Of a stretch of 46,106 nucleotides of DNA, positions 1-6,536 are shown in pieces (the first letter of the stretch is position 1; every line of letters begins with the position of its first letter). The notes below the pieces were generated by a model, which was not told the origin of the DNA, searched no databases, and saw only the letters and a list, made by a program, of their open reading frames with translations. The position numbers and the translations under genes are program-made. Source of the stretch: Candidatus Undinarchaeales archaeon (GTDB lineage Archaea > SpSt-1190 > JASMDC01). The stretch spans positions 1 to 46,106 of the forward strand of contig JASMDC010000027.1 of the NCBI GenBank assembly GCA_030753015.1, read 5' to 3'.

Positions 1-1
1 C

Positions 2-595
2 CTCTTGCACGGTGGAGGCCTCGGTCAAGTAGGATAATGCGATGAAGTCCACGTCATGTTCGAACCCGAACGCAAGGTCCTCGCGGTCCTTCCCGGTAAG
101 GTTGGGGAGGCTCATCTCCCTGCCCGGGACGATCACGCTCTTGTTGGATCCCAGGATGCAGTCGGACAAGACCCTGCACTTGACGTCGTCTCCTGAGATC
201 GAGGTCACCTTCAGCTGGACCGCGCCATCACTGATCAGGACGCGGTCACCGACCTTGATGTCCTTCGCCAATCCCGGGTGCGACTGCCGTATCATCCTCT
301 TGCCCGGATCGGTCCCCTTGTTGGTCAGGGTCAGTATCTCGCCCTTCGCAAGGTCCAGGGGATCGTCCAGCACATCGGTCCTGATTTCCGGACCTTTCGT
401 ATCCAGCATGACAGCGATCTCGGGGGATATCTTCCTGATCTTCCTGATGACATCCCCGTGATACTGATGGTCGCCGTGGGAAAGGTTCAACCTCGCTATG
501 TTGAGACCACCCTCGATCATCTTCTTCAGGGTCGTGGTGTCATCGCACGAGGGCCCTATGGTGCACACCAGCTTGGTGAACTCTAATGGTCTCAT
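2..595 (-). CDS. pyk: Pyruvate kinase (N-terminal part; runs off window start)
   Basis: Manual translation from ATG at 595: MRPLEFTKLVCTIGPSCDDTTTLKKMIEGGLNIARLNLSHG...MLDTKGPEIRT, carrying the canonical TKxVCTIGP, ARLNxSHG and DTKGPEIRT motifs. BRE-TATA (gaaaagctcttaata, minus strand) at about 617-632. Not in the supplied ORF track because it is truncated. Confidence 0.95.
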   Translation of the reverse strand, partial: MRPLEFTKLVCTIGPSCDDTTTLKKMIEGGLNIARLNLSHGDHQYHGDVIRKIRKISPEIAVMLDTKGPEIRTDVLDDPLDLAKGEILTLTNKGTDPGKRMIRQSHPGLAKDIKVGDRVLISDGAVQLKVTSISGDDVKCRVLSDCILGSNKSVIVPGREMSLPNLTGKDREDLAFGFEHDVDFIALSYLTEASTVQE

Positions 596-693
596 AGAAC
601 TGGCCTTGTCGTCTCCATATTAAGAGCTTTTCTTCAAGTGATGACGATCTGAGTTCGAGATATCATCCCTGGTATCTTGAGGTGGACCAACTG

Positions 694-866
694 CTGGGGG
701 ATACTCCCCCGCCAGGGAGTAACAGAACAATATCACCGCCGGGGACCATCCATCTGCGAAGGCCCCCGGGCGATGATGAACTCGTTACGAAGGTACGGGG
801 GTGCTGGCCCCCGATGACCGGACCCGGGTGCTGGGTCCGTGGGTCACCAGCGCTATAAATCTTTCG
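694..866 (-). ncRNA. Putative structured ncRNA, diverged copy A (homologous to 4583-4796 and 4886-5097), including its BRE-TATA
   Basis: Shares GTAACA, TCACC-CCGGGGACCAT, GGCCC-CCGGG-GATGATGAA, AGGTA-GGGG and CCCCGATGACCG blocks with the other copies. Minus-strand cgaaagatttatagc at 852-866. Strand is inferred. Confidence 0.6.
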
Positions 867-886
867 CAGAGTGTCAGGTCGTCGCC

Positions 887-1363
887 TTACGCCCCTTCCT
901 GGTCCTTCTTCTGCACGATGTAGAGGTAGCTGTCGATGATCTCGGTGCTGTCCTCGTTCCGGAACAGGTACACGAAGCTCTGGCTCTCGCCCATGTCCTT
1001 TGAAGACCAGATGGCGGGCGCTGTACCGGGCAGGGCGAACCGCTTCCCGAACACCGAGTACGTCTTATCTACACGGAACTCCTTTTCCGTCTCTCTGAAC
1101 CTGTAACCGTGCATCTGGGCGGCCTCGGCGAGGGCCTCGGTATCAAGGTCGTTGACAATGAGCATGTCCAGCGCTGTGTCGCCGATCCGGTCGTTCCCGA
1201 GCGAGTCGAACGTGACCATCGCGATACCGCCCGGGTCCTCCTTGCCCAGGTTCGTGGGGAACACCATCTTCGAGCTCCGGTCGGCCGGGTCGCGGCCACC
1301 CTCGTACATACCGATCATACCGGCATAGTCCGTCGCGTCCTCGATGTCGTACATGATCTGCAT
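887..1363 (-). CDS. Hypothetical protein (158 aa), in frame with the upstream ORF across a single TAG
   Basis: Strong C/G third-position bias and an acidic, protein-like composition; no recognisable motif. Confidence 0.7.
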   Translation of the reverse strand: MQIMYDIEDATDYAGMIGMYEGGRDPADRSSKMVFPTNLGKEDPGGIAMVTFDSLGNDRIGDTALDMLIVNDLDTEALAEAAQMHGYRFRETEKEFRVDKTYSVFGKRFALPGTAPAIWSSKDMGESQSFVYLFRNEDSTEIIDSYLYIVQKKDQEGA

Positions 1364-1366
1364 CTC

Positions 1367-1768
1367 CTAGATATCGTACTCGGCCTCTAGCACACCGTCC
1401 CACAGCTCGTGGGTGGCGGACGAGGTGAAGTGCATGTTCAGGGCCAGCCCGGTGTCGTACTTGGCGTAGCCGGCGGGATCGTCCCTGGCCTGCTCGGGGT
1501 ACTTCTCTGTATGGGCTGCGATATCCTCGGCGTAGCCCTGCAGGAAGCTGGCGGCCTCGTCCTTGTCGTCGATGGTCCTGATGGCATAGATGACTATGTC
1601 CTCGAGCAGCTTGCCGGTCTCCTGGTCGGTGATTCGCGCCTTCAGCTGCTGGTACTTGTTCCCGCCCGCGGCAGCGACCTCCTCCTCGAGCTCCTTGCGA
1701 GCCCTGATCTTTTCGAAGATGCCATACCACGCGTCCGGTATCCTGCTTTCGCCATCGTCGGCGTCCAT
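1367..1768 (-). CDS. Hypothetical helical acidic protein
   Basis: Coding-like codon bias. ATG at 1768 (MDADDG) lies about 25 nt downstream of minus-strand TATA atataag (about 1795-1801). Confidence 0.7.
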   Translation of the reverse strand: MDADDGESRIPDAWYGIFEKIRARKELEEEVAAAGGNKYQQLKARITDQETGKLLEDIVIYAIRTIDDKDEAASFLQGYAEDIAAHTEKYPEQARDDPAGYAKYDTGLALNMHFTSSATHELWDGVLEAEYDI

Positions 1769-1866
1769 GACGCCCACGGCGCTAGGAAGGGTTCTTATAT
1801 CTGGACTTGGGGGCGGGCGGTCCGCGAATCCCAATCCATTAAAAGGAAAGGGTCCACAAGGTGTCC

Positions 1867-2577
1867 ATGGCGGGCAAGGGGCCGGGTCTGTTCAGGGCAC
1901 TAAAGCGAGCTGCGGGTATGGGGTCGGGGAGCACAAGTCGGGGCGCAGGCGGCCAGGACATGAGCGCCATCGGGCTCTACCACACGAGCACGAAGATCGG
2001 CTCCATGTCGTTCCGGAACGTGAAGGACGTCGCGTCGTTCAAGGGGAAGGTGCTTCTCATCGTGAAGCCCAAGAAGCCGCTCGGCCAGGCCGAGGTGCAG
2101 GCCATCGTCCAGCGGGTCCAGAACGGCCTGGGCGTCCTTCTGGTCGGCGACGGCGGCGAGGACAACTCGAACCTCAATCCTCTCGCCATCTGGTTCGGCG
2201 TCCAGTTCAACAACGACATCGTCTCGACGTTCGACAAGATGGGCGCCACCACCAACGCGGGGTACACCTACGTCCGTGAGCACGCCATCACCGAGCCGCT
2301 CCACATCTACACGATCGACAAGAGCTGCTCGCTCCGGCTGCGGGATTGGAACCGGCAGGTCCTGCTCTTCTCCAGCCAGGAGAGCTTCTCTGACGCGGAC
2401 GGGAACGAGACCTGGGATACAGGCGAGTACCTGGGCTCGTGTGCAGTCATGGCACAGGCGGAGTACGGCCGGGGACGCGCCATCTTCATCGGCGACGCCA
2501 TCATGTTCGAGCGGCGCAAGGCCCAGGACATGCAGCTTTTGAACCTCGTTGCCAAGTGGCTCGGCCACGAGATGTGA
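1867..2577 (+). CDS. GIFT (GldG/IFT52-like, DUF4350-type) domain protein
   Basis: VLLIVKPKKPLGQAEVQAI...GLGVLLVGD...NLNPLAIWFGVQFNND...GRGRAIFIGDAIMF pattern. Paralog of 30909-31643. Confidence 0.7.
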   Translation: MAGKGPGLFRALKRAAGMGSGSTSRGAGGQDMSAIGLYHTSTKIGSMSFRNVKDVASFKGKVLLIVKPKKPLGQAEVQAIVQRVQNGLGVLLVGDGGEDNSNLNPLAIWFGVQFNNDIVSTFDKMGATTNAGYTYVREHAITEPLHIYTIDKSCSLRLRDWNRQVLLFSSQESFSDADGNETWDTGEYLGSCAVMAQAEYGRGRAIFIGDAIMFERRKAQDMQLLNLVAKWLGHEM

Positions 2578-2608
2578 TCACCTTTCGTCGTCGCATTAAG
2601 AAACAATT

Positions 2609-2632
2609 GGTACTAAAGCATGCTTTAGTACC
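2609..2632. promoter_or_regulatory. Perfect 24-bp palindrome GGTACTAAAGCATGCTTTAGTACC (operator or recombination site)
   Basis: Read directly from the sequence; near-identical second copy at 4517-4540. Confidence 0.6.
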
Positions 2633-2749
2633 CTCTGCCTATTCACCTTTGTTCCCTGTCAAATGAAGAGATGACCATCACGCGTCGTAGGACGCACAGG
2701 GGCCACCTGATCCGATTTCAGTCCCCTCATTTCGGCAGTGTCTTTTCCG

Positions 2750-4174
2750 TTGACACTCCCCCGAATGAATTCGGGGGATTCTTAGAAGCGCGAGCATGAA
2801 GGGTCATGCTGTTACCTCCAGGGGGTGTGCCAGCACCCTGTTAACGCGCCCTCCGAAGACGACGCCTATATTGATCGCACCCGCTGTGTCTCGGTGCGCT
2901 TCTATGCCGCATGATCTGCACTTCAGGAGACGACCCATCTTCGTCACAGATGTGCTGCCGCACCAAGGACACACGCTCGATGTGCCTCTCTCGTCGATTG
3001 TGGTCACCTTGATTCCATGCTCCTGGGCGACGCACTGAAGCCGTTCCAGGAGAAAGCGATGGCTCCAGAAATTGTGGACCATCGAATCCAACTTCCTGCT
3101 GAACCTGGCATCGTCCCTGATCCCCGTGAGATCGCCAGCGACGATCTCGCAGACACCTTTCTCCCAGAGCCGTTGGATCGCTCTCCTGACGATCGTGTTC
3201 ACATACTGCCGGAAGCGTAGCTTCCGCTTGCGGAACAGGGATCTGATCAGCCTTGTTGTCTTCCTACCGTTCGTCCTCTTCGCGATCGACTTCAGTCGGT
3301 TGATACGACGTGACAGGTACCACCAGTTGGAGAGTGCGGGCCGCCCGCTGTATGCGACCGATCGCCTCTCCCCTTCGATCACCACATCGAGCAGTACGAG
3401 CACGCCGAGGTCCACGAAGGCCCTCTTGTTCGAGAGCGGTTGATGCGGAGGATCGACCTCCACCGTCTGCCTGGCATACCACCTCCGCCTGATAGGATCA
3501 TAGAGAAGGGTCAGCAACCCTTGCCTTGTCCAGTTGTTCCATTTCGGCTTTCCTCTCCAATTCACCTCCAACTTTTTCGGCAGCTTCAATGTACTGCCTT
3601 CTATCGTATAGCAATCGCATCGGATGAGTATGAGCTGCTTTCTTTTCCCCGTTGACCTGTCCTTCCAGTATCCAGGAGGGCGCACTCTCTGGATGCGGGG
3701 CGGGAGCTTGCCCTTCTTCTCGAGTTCGAGCAACGCGAAGAACGAACGCCACGCCTCGCTGTTCTTCCTCTCGACCTGCTGAGCGGTCGCAGAGCCGATG
3801 ATGCACTTGTACCTATCGTACAGGTCCTTTGTGTTCCAGTCCACCTTGCCTGTGTTGAAGAAGCTCTGCCGTCGCCGATAGCATATCTCGTTCCAGAGAC
3901 GAGCACAACCATCCGCGATTTCATACAGTCGTTCGTCTTGTTCCAACGAAGGCGACAATGCAAAGGTGTTCGTTCTCCTCATGGTTAGACCTTCGGCTGC
4001 ATCTCAATGTTAGTCCACGATGCTCAAATAGTGTCCTTGGAGCTATAAAGTGGTATAGGGGGCGGCATACCGGTATTCAGATGGATCTTTTACCTTTCGG
4101 GTTTGGTTCCCTTCAGGGAAACACGTCATTCATCCCACCTATGAATCAGGTGGGCTTTCTGCCTCAAACCCGTT
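2750..4174 (-). mobile_element. IS200/IS605-family, tnpB-only (IS1341-type) non-autonomous element
   Basis: Left end on the minus strand: TTAC|aacggg...AAAG-cccacct-gattcat-aggtggg hairpin. Right end: GAAT-cccccgaattcattcgggg hairpin-agtg-TCAA|. The AAAG/TTAC and GAAT/TCAA guide/cleavage pairs match IS608. No tnpA between the ends. Confidence 0.88.
2804..3982 (-). CDS. tnpB: RNA-guided endonuclease TnpB
   Basis: RuvC-I VDLG, IVAGDL, IDERGTS, Zn finger CPWC...CRSC and RuvC-III HRDTAGAINI; N-terminal HTH-like region. Confidence 0.95.
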   Translation of the reverse strand: MRRTNTFALSPSLEQDERLYEIADGCARLWNEICYRRRQSFFNTGKVDWNTKDLYDRYKCIIGSATAQQVERKNSEAWRSFFALLELEKKGKLPPRIQRVRPPGYWKDRSTGKRKQLILIRCDCYTIEGSTLKLPKKLEVNWRGKPKWNNWTRQGLLTLLYDPIRRRWYARQTVEVDPPHQPLSNKRAFVDLGVLVLLDVVIEGERRSVAYSGRPALSNWWYLSRRINRLKSIAKRTNGRKTTRLIRSLFRKRKLRFRQYVNTIVRRAIQRLWEKGVCEIVAGDLTGIRDDARFSRKLDSMVHNFWSHRFLLERLQCVAQEHGIKVTTIDERGTSSVCPWCGSTSVTKMGRLLKCRSCGIEAHRDTAGAINIGVVFGGRVNRVLAHPLEVTA

Positions 4175-4220
4175 GTAAGCGCATGTCCTCCCGCTCCACT
4201 AAAAGTCACGAACGTACGGC

Positions 4221-4514
4221 CTACATCCCCAACCGCACCCTGTCATCTTTGGAGAGTTTCACGTCCCGGACGCTTATCTCTCCACCATATTGCTCGATGA
4301 AGGCAATGACCCTCTGAGAGTCCCCTTTCCTGACTATCAGCATCGACCGGCCGAGCCTGATATATGGGAAGCCGTCGATGAACCCCTCTCGGATATACGT
4401 ATACCGGCCGTACTTCGACTTGTCGGTCCATCCCCAGAAGCGCCGAGAGAACTTGCTCCCCTGGCTCCGGGGGACATTGGTGAACGTGTAGATGATCTGG
4501 ACGCCTTCATCCAT
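4221..4514 (-). CDS. Small basic archaeal protein (97 aa), possible ferredoxin-like (Cas2/VapD-like) fold
   Basis: IIYTF...KFSRRFWG..DKSKYGRYTY.REG....RLGRSMLIV pattern resembles an uncharacterised small archaeal family. TATA at about 4539-4545 on the minus strand. The fold call is inference. Confidence 0.7.
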   Translation of the reverse strand: MDEGVQIIYTFTNVPRSQGSKFSRRFWGWTDKSKYGRYTYIREGFIDGFPYIRLGRSMLIVRKGDSQRVIAFIEQYGGEISVRDVKLSKDDRVRLGM

Positions 4515-4516
4515 AT

Positions 4517-4540
4517 GGTACTAAAGCATGTTTCAGTACT
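4517..4540. promoter_or_regulatory. Imperfect copy of the 24-bp palindrome, between the TATA box and ATG of the 97-aa gene
   Basis: GGTACTAAAGCATGTTTCAGTACT, 21/24 identical to 2609-2632. Confidence 0.6.
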
Positions 4541-4582
4541 TATATCTTCCGATTTCAACGTTCCACAAGATCATTTCACGCC

Positions 4583-4796
4583 CCACCGAACACCGGATAC
4601 TAGCAGCCGGGTACAGAGATGACGGGGACTCCTCCCGGTCGTAACAAATCGATTTCACCCCCGGGGACCATTACACTGATGGCCCACCCCGGGGATGATG
4701 AATGGATTCTGGAGGTAGGGGATACCTGACGGGTGCCCCCGATGACCGAAGCCAACCAGCTGACCCGGTGGGGCCACCCAACCTTATCAACCTTTT
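4583..4796 (-). ncRNA. Putative structured ncRNA copy B
   Basis: Multi-hairpin scaffold; minus-strand aaaaggTTGATAAG promoter-like motif at 4783-4796. Confidence 0.6.
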
Positions 4797-4885
4797 GTGC
4801 CCGGTGGCGCTTTCAGGTGCTCAGCAGTCGTAGGACCGGCCGCCAATGGAGGTCGGACCACACAATGACATGCAGGCATCACACT

Positions 4886-5097
4886 CCACCGAACACCGGA
4901 TCCCAAGAGCCGGGCACAGAGATGACGGGGACTCCTCCCGGTCGTAACAAAATAGTTTCACCCCCGGGGACCATTACACTGATGGCCCCCCGGGGATGAT
5001 GAATGGATTCTGGAGGTAGGGGATTCCTGACGGGTGTCCCCGATGACCGTACCCACCTAACCGACCCGGTGGGGCCACCCAACCTTATCAACCTTTT
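4886..5097 (-). ncRNA. Putative structured ncRNA copy C
   Basis: As copy B; promoter-like motif at 5084-5097. Confidence 0.6.
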
Positions 5098-5121
5098 GCG
5101 CCCGGTGGCGCTTTCAGGTGC

Positions 5122-5391
5122 TCAGCAGTCGTAGAACCAGCCGCCGATGGCGCCCACACCGGCGAATCCGACCTCGATGGAGTAGTCCACCGTCTGCAGC
5201 TCGGCATCGGTGAGGTAGGCGATCTTCTCGTCAATCCCGGTGTAGTGTGTGATGAGCATGCCCAGCCCGTAGCCGACGAGACCGCCCGCAGCGACCTCCA
5301 GCACGCGCATGTCCTCGGCAGCAGCGTATCCGTCGACAGATGCAGCCTCTGAGGTCCCGATGGTGTCAAGCTCGATGTCCATGATGATCAT
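5122..5391 (-). CDS. Small Gly-rich hydrophobic protein (about 89 aa) with leader-like acidic segments
   Basis: ATG at 5391 (or 5382) downstream of minus-strand TATA at about 5422-5431; two GxxxG-rich hydrophobic segments. Confidence 0.65.
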   Translation of the reverse strand: MIIMDIELDTIGTSEAASVDGYAAAEDMRVLEVAAGGLVGYGLGMLITHYTGIDEKIAYLTDAELQTVDYSIEVGFAGVGAIGGWFYDC

Positions 5392-5816
5392 CCTCGATGT
5401 GGGCAACCGGCAGGGGGACGCGTTTAATAATCTTTGTCCGGCTCGGAGCGGGCGACCTGCGTCGCCGATATGCATCCTTTAATTTCTGATGGTCCCGATA
5501 TCGAACAATACCAGCACGTTCGGATGCCGTACCGGTCTCGCATCACCTGCTCACCGCCCTCGGATGCGTCCTGATGGCGATAGGTCTGCAGATTGCGTTG
5601 TTCATCCTGCAGATGGTCTTTTCCACAAAGGATTCAGACCTTAGGCCCATCTCCATGTTCAGTGTCCTGTTGGTACTCTTCTTCTCTGGACCGGGGCTCG
5701 GCCTCATCCTCTTTCAGTCCAAGCGTCAAGGCCTGAACGGCGTGGCCTCCGGGAGGTACTCCGACCGAGGGCCGTTAATGCAATGATTTATCAAGCAAGA
5801 GCGACTCCACGCATCC

Positions 5817-6536
5817 GTGGCCGAGGACAAGAAGGGTCCGGTGGCGCTGCTCTTCTCGGGCGGCCTCGACTCGACGACCGCTGCCCTGCGCCTGTCGGAG
5901 ACGCACGAGCGGGTACATCTTCTCACGTTCTCCCGCGGGTACGGCCACTATTTCCTGGACACGCCCGGGCGAAGGGCCGATGAGCTGCGGAAGGCTGTCG
6001 GCGACCGGTTCGAGTACGAGCTCGTCGACATCAGACCGCTGTTCGAGAAGGTGGTGCTCCCGACGATAGTGGAGGACTACAAGAAGTACCGCTCCGGATT
6101 CGTGTTCTGCCTGGGCTGCAAGGTGTGCATGCACGCACAAGCGGCCGCCTGGTGCCGCGAGCACGACGTGCGCTTGGTGGCCGACGGTTCCTCGGGAGAC
6201 ACCTCCGTGTTCGTGGAGCAGCGACCGTCGACGCTCAAGCTCATCATCGACTTCTACCGTGAGCACGGGATCGAGTTCTTCACCCCTGTGTTCGAGCAGA
6301 CCCGGGAGGAGAAGCGCCGGTTCCTCAAGACCAAGGGTGTCGGCATGGGCACGCGCATCGGCGACAGGCACGTAGGCGTCCAGCCCAAGTGTGTGCCCGG
6401 TGAGCTCTACTACCTGCCCACCGTGCTGTTCGGCATCGCGCCCAAACACGAGAACGAGGCGATCGCCGAGTTCTTCGCCGAGAAGGCCGCTCTGGCACGG
6501 GAGGTCCTCGGGCTCGATGTGGACGAGGGACCTTAG
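5817..6536 (+). CDS. PP-loop adenine nucleotide alpha-hydrolase (QueC-like)
   Basis: LLFSGGLDST PP-loop and CLGCKVCMH cysteine motif. Lacks the QueC C-terminal CGxCxxC, so it is not called queC. Confidence 0.75.
   Translation: MAEDKKGPVALLFSGGLDSTTAALRLSETHERVHLLTFSRGYGHYFLDTPGRRADELRKAVGDRFEYELVDIRPLFEKVVLPTIVEDYKKYRSGFVFCLGCKVCMHAQAAAWCREHDVRLVADGSSGDTSVFVEQRPSTLKLIIDFYREHGIEFFTPVFEQTREEKRRFLKTKGVGMGTRIGDRHVGVQPKCVPGELYYLPTVLFGIAPKHENEAIAEFFAEKAALAREVLGLDVDEGP

Larger units (their letters stand above)
4583..5150. repeat. Tandem duplication: about 266-bp units at 4583-4849 and 4886-5150
   Basis: Direct comparison. Each unit contains the structured element, its promoter and about 29 nt of the 3' end of the 5122-5391 gene. 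Confidence 0.95.

Noticed and set aside
42-586. Plus-strand ORFs at the window start
   Set aside because: Antisense shadows of the truncated pyruvate kinase.
1367-1369. Genome-wide TAG reassignment
   Set aside because: TAG ends several clear genes at expected lengths (for example at 27587, 32185 and 39316).
4620-4646. HDV-like ribozyme (GAC-UCCUCCCG-GUC resembles P3/L3)
   Set aside because: No matching P1 or P1.1 elements, and the motif is not kept in copy A.
4749-5062. Short resemblance of variable segments to rRNA or to the IS left-end hairpin (cccaccta)
   Set aside because: Only 8-9 nt matches in inconsistent registers; expected by chance.
4733-5091. ORFs within the repeats
   Set aside because: The frame is not conserved between copies (2-nt indel), starts are non-ATG, and there is no coding bias.
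4583-5150. CRISPR or TIGR array interpretation
   Set aside because: Units are about 300 bp with no short regular repeat-spacer period, and no cas or Nop-domain gene is recognisable.
5574-5786. 70-aa hydrophobic ORF
   Set aside because: No recognisable motif or clear promoter; may be a gene fragment, with too little support to call.
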